DNA from: Rotaria socialis
Taxonomy: Eukaryota
Direction: 5' to 3'
DNA: 64,000 nucleotides
NCBI GenBank assembly: GCA_905331295.1
Contig: CAJNYD010000013.1
Span: 62,001-126,000 of the forward strand
Part shown: positions 14,264 through 28,704 of the stretch, piece after piece
Numbering within the stretch: position 1 is the stretch's first letter
Layout: each line of letters opens with the position of its first letter
Notes under the pieces: generated by a model
What the model was told of the DNA's origin: nothing
The model's database searches: none
The model's input: the letters and a program-made list of their open reading frames with translations, nothing else
Program-made: the position numbers and the translations under genes

Positions 14264-15798
14264 TTAAGAAGATTCACTTCCAACCATACGTTCCATTGCA
14301 GGTGCTGTTGGAAATGAGATCATTGAGCTAAAATACGTTTTTAATTGATTAGATCGAAAGGACGATATTACTGTGCGATTAGTAGATCGATAAAAATGTG
14401 TATTGATTAATAAACAAGATAGATGAAGAATAGTTGCTATTGTTGATTTAACTGGTGTAACGCCAGTTTTGAGAAACCATAGAGAAACTAAATATTCATC
14501 ATAGTTTGATATTATGGAATTCGTCTAATGGAAGAGGACAAAAAATTCTTACTAAAAAAAGATAAGCCATGAAATAAAATAAGAGAACAGAGGACAAGTT
14601 GTAATGATGTTTTGTCACCTGACCGAAGTGTTAGACCGAGTACAGCAGCCAAAACTAGACAAACAAATTGAGTAAATGATAACTAACTAGAAAGCACATA
14701 CAAGCATAAGACGCAGCTAAATGCATCGCTGATTCAAAACCACCAGATAGAATAATACGTAGACACGATGGCCAAAGTATTCCCTAGACGTAGAAAAGTT
14801 ATTGCTTTTTTTTGTTTATATAAAAAAATTGATTGTTCGTTCTTCTTTTACCATCACAGAAAAGCAACTAAACAAAGCTGCTACGAAAAATAACCAGGTG
14901 GCAAGTTCTGGTGATAAATTGAAAATTAAACTATCCGATTGTCCAAGTATTTGACTGATTTTTGAGCCAGATGTTGAGCCTGTGGCATCGCCAACGCCGA
15001 GAACTTTTCGAACTTTAAGTCTACTTTGTAAATCACCACAACTACTTTTTCTTAACAGAAAAATTGAAGAAAAAACAGAACAATTAGTTGAATAGCAAAA
15101 TTGAAATATGTCAACAATAAGCTGTGCTTTTTTAAATACTTTAAAACATATAAACTACCTGCTATACAATTGCATGAATAGCTATGATTGTTGTCAATGA
15201 ATAATAATGATGACTTTTTATGTGTCTCAAATAAAATCAAATATTGTAAAATGTAAGAATAATGGCAGGTAGATGAGAGAGATTTCGTTCGTCTAGTTAC
15301 TATGTTTAGTTGCAAGCAAACGGCAATGAATGCAATTAGAAGTGCTTATAAAAGTGGTACGCATCAAGTTGAGTTTAAAGTAAACGCGCGGAAAAGAATG
15401 TCTGATGCTTTGTGTCATTGATGGAATAGAAGAGTAGGAAAAAAGAAGAAAAAAAAGGGAAAAAGAAAAATCAACGAGAAAAATAGACAATTGTTTGTTC
15501 TATTGAAAATAATGGTTTGCTATTAGCGTTTGTCAACGTAATTTTTTGACAGTGAATGTGATAGTTCAAAAAAGTGGCTCAGAATCATCGTTTACAAGAA
15601 GATAACATGATCCGAAAGGCGCTATAATATGTGCAATGAATTTTTTGTTATTATATGGTTAGCAAAACGTTGATATTATCTAACATAAACAAAAACACGA
15701 CTCCTCAAGCATACATACAAAATGAAATCCGGTTTTCCTGCTGTTTGATCAAGCGTATTCGGTTCTGTCTTTTGCCATGTAGATGTTCTTAATGCCAT
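14264..15798 (-). CDS. TP53I11: TP53-inducible protein 11-like membrane protein, multi-exon
   Basis: Spliced MALRTSTWQK...KSSCGDLQSRLKVRKVLGVGDATGSTSGSKISQILG matches the TP53I11 signature (DLxSRLKxRKxLGVG...SKISQxLG), followed by several hydrophobic segments. Absent from the ORF track because the exons are short. Confidence 0.8.
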
Positions 15799-17572
15799 GT
15801 CGTCTCTTTTCTTCTTTTGCCTTGCTTGTTTCTGTAGTGTTCAATCAAAAAGAAAAATAGATGTAAAATAAATAATTGAGCAAAGCAATAAAAAATGTCT
15901 CAACAAATTGGCTCTCGTACGTGTTATTTCTATCAGACTTAAGGGTATTTGATGTAAAATAATGAAGTCAGTCATTATTTGCTTATAGCATAGAGTAAAA
16001 CACGATTTACGCATCGGCAATACCTAGCATATGATGTATTCATTCATTTTTTTTCAACGTCAAATAACCCAAGGAGAGTAGATGTATGTGAGGTCAAAAT
16101 AGAAAATGAAATGAGAAAAATGCTAACATTGCTCCATATCAAATACAAAAAAAGAGAGAAAAACCACCCCTTTTTCTTCTTCTTCTTCTTCTTCTGCTTT
16201 TTGTTCATTGTGTAACCGTTCAAACGAGAAGTATTGTTACTTCCGCAACAAAGAAAGGAAAAACGTCATAGACAAAATCGTTAGAATAATGTACATCGTA
16301 TCCTTTAATTTCGCTAAATAATATCTCGTTCACAATACTTAATATTTACATAAGATATCTAACTTTTGACAGTTGTATCAAACATCCATATAATATCTTA
16401 CCAGATTGTGACAAACAAAAAGAAAGCTAACTAACTGCAATAGTCAGTAAGTTTTCATACGGCTTATGATAAGATGTATGCTTTGCTTCCGGGAATGTTT
16501 ATTATGATGTATATGGATGTAGCGAAAAAAAAAGCAGCATATTTGCCTTCTCTATTACTTTCTTTAGCCTTCGATAACATTCTACTAGACTGATTAGATA
16601 ATGTGTAATTTGGCTGGCAATAGGAAAATATGCATCCGTTCTATCATCATGAGTATCTAGTCTGTAAATATGTATTATTCGTCAGTTTTATAATTCAATA
16701 ACATGAGAAATTTCCTGTAGAATGCCATTTAGAATGACGAGTGTAAACAATAACATGTGATCAGAATGATAAAGCAAGTTAAATCCACTCGAATATTTGT
16801 TTCTATTTTCTAAAATTGGACAATCTAATTTATCAAACAAATAGAAACAGCAAGAAGAAAATAAGGAACAAAAAGAAAGAGATGTCTCGGGAGATCTACA
16901 TAAAAAATTCAATAAGGAAAACGAAGTGCTCTTCAGTATGGCCATTAGACGATTGTTTTTTTCTTCTGCTTTAGTAATGACTTTTGAATATTCATCACAT
17001 GAAAGCAAGATAATTTGTTGAAAATAACAGAGAAGCGAACGGGTGTGAGTAATATATTAATAAAGGATCAAAGTTTTTTGTTTTTTTCTGGCATTTTTTT
17101 TTCATCTACAATCTAATCGCATGAAGAAATCTCGGAGATTTTGCTTTCATGTGACACACCAGCCGAAACAAGAAAGAGTTTCGCTTTAATAAACATCTAC
17201 GGCTGCTAAAAGGTATCAATGTATCATGACAGGATGTATATTTGTTGTTTTTCTTCTAGTCAAATGATTTTATGAAACAAAAACTAGGCTTATCCGACTA
17301 ATCTTCATTACAGAATTCTCATAGATTGAATGGAATTTCAAGCTTTTTATTAAAAGAATTAAGAATCTATATTAAATATAAACGCATAAAATAAAATAAA
17401 ATGATTATATGATTAATAAAATATACAAAATAAAAATAAAATAATCATAAGGCAATAAGACAAGCAACAATAACTAATAAAGGTTCCTATTTATCAACAT
17501 ACTATTCAAAATTCAAAAACCTATAATTATTGATTGATATCTTAATGAATATTCGTTGTATTAGTATTAGTT

Positions 17573-20500
17573 TTAAATAAGATTATTTTCACATCCATCA
17601 TCTAAAAGTTCAGCATCAAGAGCTTCGTCTAATGAATCTGAATCATCACATTGTTCCTGTTCAGCTTGACAATTCATTTCAGCTAATTGATTACCAATAA
17701 TTTCAATTGAATCATCGTCATCATCATCGTCGTCGTCGTCATCATCATTACCAACAACAAGTTCATTATCACTAAGAGATTTAATATCTAATCCGGCTGA
17801 CGAAGGTGTTTGTTCATCATTCGGATTATCGATTGTGTTTTCGTATGGAAGTTTAACTGAACTTGAACGTCTACGTGATTTTGAACGTGCTGTTCGTCGT
17901 CGTCGTTTTCGTCGGTGATGAACCTTTTTATTCGCAGAAGTTACTGATGTTGTCGATGAGCCAGTCGTTCCTTTGCTTGGTTTACTACTTTGTAAACGAC
18001 GACGTTTTCCGGCACTTGGCTGATCCAATGAATAAAATATTGATTTTTTATCGACTTTTATTGGCCGTCGTCGACGCCACGAATGTTCAGAACAATAACT
18101 TAAAATATAAATACAGATCAAAATTTGATTAATCGAACTATTGTCATTCAAATTTTGGATGGCGATCAATGGAATAGAATTTCTATAGAAAAGAACTAAT
18201 TACTATGCCCATTATAAACATGATCAATGCGAGTTAATAGGCATTGTTATAAAGAAAATAAAATAATTATCAATGTGTTTTATTATCAAGAATAGCATAC
18301 ACAATATATTTTTCTAGATGTGTTAAAAGGATCGTCTACTTATCGGATGTATGATCGATAGATAATTGAAATGACATTTGATAACATTTCCTTGGCAATT
18401 CTATTCAAACTGCAAAAGATGTTTGTTTAAGCAGACAGCTGATGATGAGTTTTCTTTTTATAGGAGAAATTGAGAAATATGAAATTTTATAGCCAATGTG
18501 ATGCAACTGTTAAATATAATTATACTAAACAGAATGAGAATATCAATAGAATGCTACTATAGTCGTTTGAACTAATAACATCATTACATATTTATCATTA
18601 TTCGGCCTAGTCGATAATTATGATGTCAGCGCTCGGTGAAACTCATAAAATAATTTACTATTAAATTATCAATTGCAGCATGATTCCGTTTATCATTCGT
18701 ACTGTAAAAAATTATTATTCAATACTTTTCACTGAATGACAATATAGTTTTCTTATGTGATCTTCATGCTATGAATTTTATTAGACCAAACAAAATGTCA
18801 GAGACAAGAATTCCATGATCGCTGTTAATTTTCTTATCGATAGATGTTATTTGATACGATCATGCTCTATGCCTATCGAATACGAATCAGACCTAGTAAT
18901 TCTCTATAATAATAAAAAAAAGCAGTAGAACACGGAGATTAAATATGCCGAAGCGCTGCAGGAAACGGCAGAACTAATTTCAATCCGAAAATGATTACCT
19001 TTTTGCGAGCATCTATCCATCAATCATACTGGAAAATGAATTATTTTTCGAAAATAATTTACGATAAGAAGATTTTCAGCTTTATACAGATAAAGTAAAA
19101 GCATAAAAGAAAAAAAAATCACATGAACTGTAACAACAATTTTCATGTCATTGAAGATAAATGGGTCATTAACGACCGATTCTATAACTCTACAGTGGAA
19201 TAGTTTTCCTCAATTTTCATCTTATGACAATTAAAACCTGGAGGAAATATTTTTACGATTGAGTATACACTAATGCCAGAGGTTACGCAGTTAAAATTAC
19301 ACGTTTATAGGAAAATTCTATTTATATTTTTCAAAACAAAAACAAAACACTACCTTTTACAAATTCCTTTGAGCCAAGGATCAAGCGATTTAATAGTATA
19401 AATTTGTGAATGATAACTTTTTGATATAAATTTATAACTATCAAAAAATTGTACTTTTCCATTGTTCCATCGTGCTCCAATCGTTTTTTCACCATCGCCT
19501 AACATTATTTCTACATGTGTTAAATTATGTCGTTGCTTTTTCACTATAAAAATAAACAGTGTCATGGGATTTTATCTATTAAAAACAAACAAACATTAGA
19601 CTTACTCACTCTTCTCATTGTAATATGTAGCTGATATAAAAACAAGATCACCAGGCTGAACATCAGACAGATGTGTTATCGTTCTTGGTAGTGTATCATA
19701 CATATACGATTGATTCCATGGGCCCACGACAAAACCGAATTCTTTCGATAAATCATACATAACACGTCGTACGAGTCCACAGCAATCAAGAAATAATTTT
19801 GATTCATATTCCGATGCTAGAGACAGATTTTATTTAGAAGATGAACAGATGTTTTCATTTTGCTTTTTTCTTACTTCCAGGTTCGAAATATTTTTTTGCG
19901 TAAGGTATTCCTAGATATCGTTTAGCTTGTTCGACAAATTTTAATCGTAGTTTATACATTCGTGCAGGATCAGATCGTCGAATTTTCTTTTTCCTTTTTA
20001 AATGTATTCGTTGTTCAAGACGGATTTCATCCTGGATAAGAGTAAATAAAATATATTTCAAGATGTTTTCTTTCCGAAAGAAAATTTTTTGTCTTGTGAA
20101 TAACGACAGTTAAATCTTTTGATATTGTCTGTTTTTCTTTTGTGGTCATGTTTCTTTATTCGAATGAAAGCATTTCCCGTAATTAATAAAAATAAAGGTC
20201 CATTTCAATGATGTCGAAATCAATGAATTAAATTCGCTGAAAATTCTTCATTAATACACGCTCAATTAGTTTTTATTTTGAAAAAAGTATTGAAGATATA
20301 AAACTTGCTTACGGTTTTTTTTTGTTATTCAACTCTTATCTAACAAAAGTAGAGCGACTTGATATCTCAAAAAAATAATAATCTCTGTATCTAATTCAGA
20401 AAGAAACATGGTTAATTCTAATAAAAATACGTGATAAAGAAAATTTTCTGCCAATTGTTAGCTCTAATTTTCAAAAGTGTACGTATTTCTTTAAAATTAT

Positions 20501-21510
20501 ACATCAAAAAGAAAAATGTACTGAATTTCAGGGAGGAAGAAAAAAGGTTTTTTTTTCTTCACTTCGAAATGAAAATAAATATCAAATATTAAGAATTGTG
20601 ACACAAAAATTGATGTTCTATACACATGGATGTGACATCTTTGTAAACAGGATATCCTTCTACATCCGTAGAAATACAAATATATGTTCATCACCTAATT
20701 GGCAAACTAATTACACGTGTCATTTATCTATATATCTATTTATATAAAGATATATGGCAGGAAAAGGATCGAAAGATTGAACAAGAATGATCCAATCATT
20801 AAATTGAGGCGGACAAACTCGTGTTCATCAAGAATAAATCCTTCGTCAATATATAATTCGTTTAAACTACGCCCTTTACCACCGTTAACGAAAAAGAAAT
20901 AACAGAGCAAACAATAGAAAGAGAGAAAGTTGTTGGTCAACGTTGAACTCGCATATAAATAGGCAGGAGTTTTCAATAGTGTTCATCATATCAATTTCGG
21001 ATGGATAGTTGATGTGTAACTGCTGAAGTAAGTCATTTTATTTTTCAAAGGTTTCAATGGATTTGTTTTTATTCTCGAGCAGCTGAATGTCATCTTACCA
21101 AACAGCATTAGTTCGAATATATTTCTATTTGCTAATACTGTCCGGTAAAGATGGCCTAAGGACGCTCATTCGACGATTATAAATATTCTTTTAAACTTAC
21201 CATACGTTGTTCACGAAAACGGCGAAAAGCTTCTTGTAAATTATCATCATTTGATTTTGTTTTATTTGATGGTGTTGAACCAGTCGTCCAATCAACAACG
21301 AATTTCGAATTCACAGATCGATTTGTGCCAGCTGTCATTGGCCGTGCAGCTCGTAATGATGATGATTGAGTTGGAGTACCACCTGCAGACACTGACGAGA
21401 CATTTTGCACTGCAAGTGCCATGAGGAAAATGATGATTTCGAATGACAAAAAAAAAAAATAAGTACTTCATATAATACCACAGAAGAAATTGGAAAAACG
21501 CCCATACTGT
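17573..21510 (-). CDS. NlpC/P60 (papain-like) domain protein with disordered basic and acidic C-terminal tail, multi-exon; start approximate
   Basis: Exons ~21200-21410, 19875-20031, ~19610-19816, ~19354-19543 and 17573-~18097 splice in frame to FVEQAKRYLGIPY...LFLDCCGLVRRV...VQPGDLVF...LTHVEIMLGDGEKTIGAR, the canonical NlpC/P60 motif order (YLGxPY, DCxGL, PGDLVF, HVxIxxG). Confidence 0.85.
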
Positions 21511-21882
21511 GTACATGTTGCTTGACATCCTCCTTCAAACACGAATATCACTAAGACGACATCTGTTGATAATTAATTAATAAGATCAATTGAAGGGTTG
21601 ATTAAAAGTGTTTCAATTTGATAGATGATTTTTTAATTTTGGCACTATACCGTCTGATTTCTTTAAGACCCTACTAATAAATTTCGACAAGATAAAAATA
21701 ATAATAAATGATTTTTAGTCAAAAAATCATATTGAAACTTATGTTTAATATTGGTTTAATGTTTAAGCTTAAGAAATTTTAATTTCAATTCTAACATTAT
21801 TGCTTAAATTTCTTAATTATTTCACAAAAGAAGGAAATTTGTTTTTCTTGCAATCGAATCATTACGGCCTCTTTTGACAATA

Positions 21883-21895
21883 GTTACTTAGCAAC
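21883..21895. promoter_or_regulatory. RFX X-box-like motif in the divergent promoter between the NlpC/P60 gene and POC5
   Basis: GTTACTTAGCAAC, an imperfect palindrome with a strong RGYAAC half-site. Confidence 0.5.
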
Positions 21896-22440
21896 CGTCA
21901 ATGGTTACAATCGATAGATGTTCGAATATTGATGAATCACAATTACCTTGATTTTCTTCTTGTGGTTTATTTATTTTAATATTCTTATTAAAGAGAAAAA
22001 AAGACGAAGAAAACCTTCATCATGTGCGACGTTTCATCATACATATCTAAAGAAATACAGTCTTCGATGCAGTGAAGTTCTTCTCGTACGTAAAATGTTC
22101 TAGTTACCACTACAATAAATCGATTTAGATTGAAAGAATGTTGAACTAACTAATCTAGATTCGCTTCACGGCTCGTTCATTTTATTTTCTATTCTAATAT
22201 TTTTAAGAATTAATTAATCGAACTCATTAGTTTTCTCACTTACAAACAAATATGAAATAATCAAATATTATTTATTTACTTTTTACTCGGATTACAACTT
22301 CAATGGTCATATACTAAACAATACTTTTCATTGTTAAAACCAAAGAATAGAAATTAAATCAATCATATTTACACGCGAAGTGGATCGATAAAAAAAAACT
22401 TTTGTATTTATTGTAGATGATTTTTTTAAGATAATTTAAA

Positions 22441-25400
22441 ATGTCAGTTTCATCCGATCCACCTGAATTACCACCAGACTCTCCTGGTTCTTCAGTATCA
22501 TCACGCTTACAGGTTGGATGTAGTAGGGCTTGTTGCTATGTACTCACATTAACATATATTACACACTGCGTCATTTTATTGCTTCTTAGAATTTAATCTA
22601 AAAAGAAAATAATAAATTAGTTTCTCTGCTGTTGTTGTTATTATAATTATTTATATTTAGAATGAATATGATGATTTATTGCGGCGAGCCGTTGTCGTTG
22701 TTGAAAGTGGTGTTAAAACAAATGTTATTATGAATCAATCTGTATTCGGACCTGGACAACGTGCAACAAATAAAAAAAGTTCAAAATTATAATTTGTTTG
22801 CAATCCGAAACATGTCTTTCGTTCCCTTTTTTAGACGTAGCTGCAACAGATCTTACCGATTTGAATAGTCCAAATACCCATCGTACTGATATGACACAAT
22901 CTGAAATTGGTAAGAAAAGTGTAGATCTTTTATTTGACAACGAAAAAACAATCGATAACATATTCAAATAAAATCCAGAATGGAGCCAGTTGTCATATGA
23001 TATGACAGTGATAGTAGTAGATCATATTACTCTTGTTGTATATCTTCGTCTTGAATTCAAGTTCTTATTTGATCAAATATGGAAAATTGTTAATATATAT
23101 AAGTGCATTGGGTCACTCATTTTTTAAATAATTTCTATCAATACAACAACGAGCCGGATGAGCGTACCCTTAATCTCAATATTAATCACGATTAGGTCTA
23201 ATTGAAATTTCAAGATTGCAACATTAATAGAAAGACAATGAAATATTGGAGAAGTGTGCAACTGAGTTTTTTTTCTATCATAGCATATAGCCTGAAAGTA
23301 TTTTTAAATAGAAAGTTCAAGTTAGTTTACGCTCTATTTTGGGTTTTGATAGAAGTATTATTTCAGAGATGATAGCGTATTTTTCTACAGAAACTCAACG
23401 ACAAAAATTATCCAATATTCCATCACTTAACCAACTACTTAGTACAGCAGCATTTTCCATCAATGAACAACAAAACACAGACAAACAGTTAATGTTGAAT
23501 GAATGTGATGATCCATTGGTGCATCAACTCTTTCGTTATACGGAATCAGTATCGAACGAATTAGAATCAAAACCAATAACGGAAAAAATGGATCATTGGT
23601 ATTTAGATCTTAAGAAAAATTTAATGGTAAATCATATTTTCTGTTTTTTTTTTAATTTAATTTAATACAATATTATTGATTTTTCTTTCAAAAGGCTGAA
23701 TTCGATAAATTACGATTACAATTTCTTGAAGACGCACAACAAGGTGCTCTACGTGAAAAACAAGCGTAAGTCAAACTATTTTTCTAGGAGCCCGAGACAC
23801 CAACATTCTATATATTATTTAGTCAAGCAAAAGAATATGTACGTTTAAATCAAGATATAAAAACAATGCGTGAAATGTTAATACACTATGAAAACAAAAT
23901 CGATCAAAAAGATCAATCAGAAAAGAATCTTAATAAAGCATTAGATTTATTGTATAATAAAACAGTTGCTTATCGTCGCTATTATGAATGGCGTATAATT
24001 CATATTGAAAGACGACGACAGCAATATGCACTGATGCTTGCTAAGCGATTCTATGAAGATAAAATGAAACGTGTATGTTGAATTTTAAAAGCTAATATAT
24101 ATTTTTTGTTGCAAAGTTTTTGTTTTGTTTTTTTAGAAAGCACTAGTAAATTGGAAAAATACAGTTGATCAAGAATGGAGAAAACGTTTTGAAAATGCTT
24201 GTGAAAAAAAAGCGAAAGATGTTTTAATTCAATTAGGCAACGAATATGAATTAAAATATAAACAATTAGAATTAGAATTATTAACCGCAAATGAAGAAAT
24301 AGCACGTTTAAAAATTGACAAAGGTGATCAAGATGAAGCTTTGAAAAAAGCGTTTATGCGTGGAGTTTGTGCCTTAAATATGGAAGCCATGTCTGTTTTA
24401 CTTAAAAATGAAAATGAATTAGAAACAACAACATCAAACAACGACGAAAAACCACGACGATGTTGCATTCGTAAGGAATTTTGAATTAAAATTTGTAACA
24501 GCCCATCTATCAGCTAGAACCCTTCGTTTGTCAAAATCAACTTTCAAATAGATCATACATAATATTTGAGCTGAAATCTGCTGGTTATATTGAAGTGTTT
24601 TATTATCGCATCTCGAAAAAAGCGTTCATTCTACTTCTTTTGATCTGTCGTAATAATACCTACTTTACTGTACATGACGCAAACATTGGAGCACTTTTTA
24701 TGTCTTCTATGTCATTCGTTCACTTCAAAAGATCGAGCTAATTATAACTTGAGCCTTCGGGTTAATCGTTGTGTCTCAAAATTGTTCTTAATCGAAGAAA
24801 CGAAAACAAGTGTCATTAAGTCGTGCAAAATAAGTCAAGAGAACCATTTGCGTCAAATGTTTTCTTTCGAATATAAAATAAAGACCATAGAAACTGATTC
24901 TCTTGATGTTAAATGACATCAAAAACATTCTCATAATCAGTACTAAAAATGTTGCATATGTGATAGAAAATGCATGAACTAAATATAGTTTTATAGCTTG
25001 AAAATCCTACTTTGAAGTTGCATGAATCAATCAACATATGACATGCACGATATGCGCTGATAGCGCAGTTTCTTTTTCGAAATGCAATCGGCATGATTGA
25101 AATCGAAAATCAAATTTTATTTGTTTCTAGTGTTAGTGACATATATCTCATCCGATCATATTTCAATGAGAAATATCTCATTCAAGAATAAGAAAATTCA
25201 CCTACACTTAACACGTTTGATTCCTTTGTTGAGATTGATTTTTTAAGTAAATTTATCCTACCCGCAGCTGATTATGAACCGTAGGAAACGATCTACAAGG
25301 TTGCATTGAATGAAATTTTTATTTCTTTTATTTCTTGCCAATTGATATGATAGATCGTGCCAATGGCGATGAGCAATTCATTGATGAAGGTACTCGATTA

Positions 25401-25715
25401 ACTGGTGATGTAGAAAATGATTTAAAACCTTCACACTGTTGTCCTTCATTGCCAACATATGTTTTCAAAGAACATTTGCCAAGTACAATTTATCGCACCG
25501 GAGAAGCCCGTTCTATTCGTGTATGCTTTTCATTTTGTAAGAGAAAGAAGTATTTCATTTTCCTGTCCTTGTTTTAGCCTACATGTACAACTAACAATCA
25601 ACATCGTCATGTAACTTTCAATAAACGCCCATCGACTGGTACCAATCGAACTCGGCATCCTAATAATAATGTATTAGTTGAACGGCACGCACCAACAAAT
25701 AATATTCGTTCATAA
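22441..25715 (+). CDS. POC5: Centrosomal/centriolar protein POC5, multi-exon
   Basis: N-terminus MSVSSDPPELPPDSPGSSVSSRLQ/NEYDDLLRRAVVV and conserved LKKAFMRGVCALNMEAM (~24340-24391), with a coiled-coil middle region. Confidence 0.9.
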
Positions 25716-25877
25716 TATTTTCATTTTTCGTATCCGCTCATTGAACAGATATATCTGTTTTCATTTTCTTTTCTTTCTTATCACATTTACATGAAAATTT
25801 ATTTCGTAGTTTAATCAAGTAGTAGTCCTATATAAAAAAAATTATCTTTTTTTCGCTTGAAAATAAAATTCTTAGAG

Positions 25878-28704
25878 TTATCGTCCACGACGTGATGACA
25901 TCGAATGTCTTGTTCCCAAGCGTGCCATTGGTACTTGTCTTCGAACTAAATAAATGTTGCATAATACATAAATTGAAATACTGGCTACAATAATATAAAC
26001 AAAATAATTTTGTGAATTCATATAAGAAGTTTTTTTCTCAGGTTTCGCGACTTGTCGAGGCTCATGTATTACACTAAAGAAAAGAATAGAAAACTGTAAA
26101 AAGTCATTCTTTTACATGTTTCGTACTGAATTGTTTTTTCTTCGATGATTTTCAGATCGTTATTAAGTACAAAGGTTTGTTCAAAATGGATGCAATCTGG
26201 ACAGGATCGTCTAGAGTGTAGTTCTGGATCATTGTTAAAAATCAAAAATAATTGCTCGTGAGGCCGTGCATGGTGACTTGCCGCAATAGGATGAATTTGT
26301 GTTTCTTTAGTTGCCTAAAAATGAAATTAATGCATTTAAAATTTAACAAAGGTTTTTCTTTAGAACTCTTACGTTTAACACAATAGCATAAAATACAACG
26401 TGATGTTTATCATTAAATAAAATTTTCAATTCATTAGGATAGATTAATCGGCCATCGCAAGCTTAGATAAGAAGAACAAAGAAATGAGATCATTCTAATC
26501 GCAAAATGCATACTATGTATTTTGCCGAAAAAATCTTCCAATAGACATGAAATACTTAGCGGATCAATGTTATACTTGATTTGAAGTACTGGTCTGATTG
26601 TAGTGAACATTTGAGCATCATTTGATTTTGGGCGATCTGAATTATAGCAAAAGTAAAACTAATTGGGAAACACAACAAATAATATCTAGAATGGTTTTTT
26701 ACCGCATACTTTCGAAATTTTCCTTTTTGAAAATTTCAGTTATAACAAATATCTATACTTTAATTCAAGGTAGTTGACAAGAAGCAAACGTTAATATAAA
26801 TATTCGAAAGTACACATAGAAAGCTCGAGAAGTATTCGAAAGAAATCGTAAAATAAATGACAAAATGAGCTTTTGTTTACTTTTAGTAACTTCCGATACA
26901 CTTTGCACATGAAAAAAATTTACCTTGAATTTAATTTTACTAAACACTTCTCAATGGAATACTAGTATAAAGTATAAAGTAGATTTATAATTTATTTGTA
27001 AAAGCATTTTAAATAAATAAAACTTCATTACTTGTCTCGTTCGAATAAGTTTTTTATATTTCTCTGAAAATATCCTTTTGATTCTAAGGGAAATAATTTT
27101 CATTTCTTTACGCTCACTTTTTATTTTCATCAATTGATTATTTTTCATTGCATCACTCGTTTTAGTATCATGAATAAATCTTTGATAATACTCAATTTGT
27201 TTTTTATCACCAATCCATTCTGACATAGATCGATTAAACTTTTCGTATGTTGCTTGCAATGGCTGTGTTTTATTCATTTGATATTTAGCAATACTTCCAT
27301 TAGATAATTTAATAAAGAGATGTTTTTCAATAGAATGTTCTTCAATAAAAACAGCAATACATTCTATCGTTATTTTTAATGTTAATCCATATATATCAAG
27401 TAGATTATCTCGATAACCATCAAAAAGTGATTCAGCGTCAAGTGATTTTATTATGTAAACATTCTGTTGATTTAGTATAGTCTTTTGTGTATTATTTACG
27501 TTCATTAATAATATATTTTGTATTTTATTTGTCGGTTCTTGTTGACCTATTGTTACAGTATGTTCTCGGCTGTAATTAATAGTTTTAATTTGAGCCTTTA
27601 CTAACTTCAATTGACGATTTACTGATGAAATTTCGTTATGAAGCCAAGTGAGACTAGTTAAAAAAACAAATTTCAATCAATATCATTCGAAGCTTTTCTA
27701 TTAAAAGAACATTGATTCGTTCCCCATTCCAGTGAGACAAATATCTACACCATTTCCTTAGTTATTCTTTCGGGCATAAAATAAGGAAATATTCTATAGA
27801 CTAGAACGCAACATAATTCAAATACGATTTTCGATCGTATTAAGAAAATAGTCTCATACAACCCTCGATGCGTCGTTTCTTCGGATACGCATAGGAACAA
27901 AAAGTTCTTCTCAGGCACTTCAACAAGATTTTTATTTTCCATACTTCACTAGAATACAACTTTGGCGAATCATTACTTATTGCTTTTATTTTATCTAAAA
28001 ATAGTACATAGTGCGCACTCATTGTTTGAAAGGATTGCAAGCGAGAGAGAAAATAGTAAATGCATGCATTATTTTGAAAAACTAATTTTAAATAAAATCA
28101 TGAAACAAACAACACTCTAGAATATCTTAATATAAGAAATATTTGAAAAAAGCAGTACACAACAAGTAAATGTTTTACAGGCTTATGTAATAGGTTGAAG
28201 ATTTCGAAAAAAAATAAATAAAGAAAATCTAATGCATACTTCTAAGCAATTTTCATATGAGTGTTGAAGTAGCTCATTAAATATTTCAGAGAGCTAAAAA
28301 AGAACGTGCTGTCAATAAAAGTTCATCAGTCTTGTACTCAAAAGATGTTTTGCAGCAAAATTTTATTGACAAAGGTTTTCTGAACTGCTTTTTTATCAAT
28401 ATAGAAAGCACTAGAACAGTGCAAAATATCTCAAAATCACTCACTATTTTATGAAGAAAACCTTCTATTTATTTTTTAAATGAGAAATGAAAAACGGTTT
28501 CTTCACATACTGTTTCGTCAGATTTCCATGTTGTCGAGCTATATTTTGGAATTCTGCTTGCTGTTTATGAGAAATGGTACCACCGGTGAGCCATAATCTT
28601 CGACTAAAATAATCAGTTTCAATTGTAGTTGTCACAGAACAGAAGATCCATTCATAGAATAACAAAAGTATGACTATACTATTTGAAAACCTTGAAAAGA
28701 ACAT
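25878..28704 (-). CDS. Uncharacterised putative type I membrane protein (signal peptide, long ectodomain, C-terminal TM, basic tail); middle exon structure unresolved
   Basis: First exon MFFSRFSNSIVILLLFYEWIFCS (signal-like). 241-aa ORF at 26951-27676. 3' exons splice to ...NYFVYIIVASISIYVLCNIYLVRRQVPMARLGTRHSMSSRRGR*. No recognised homology. Confidence 0.45.
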
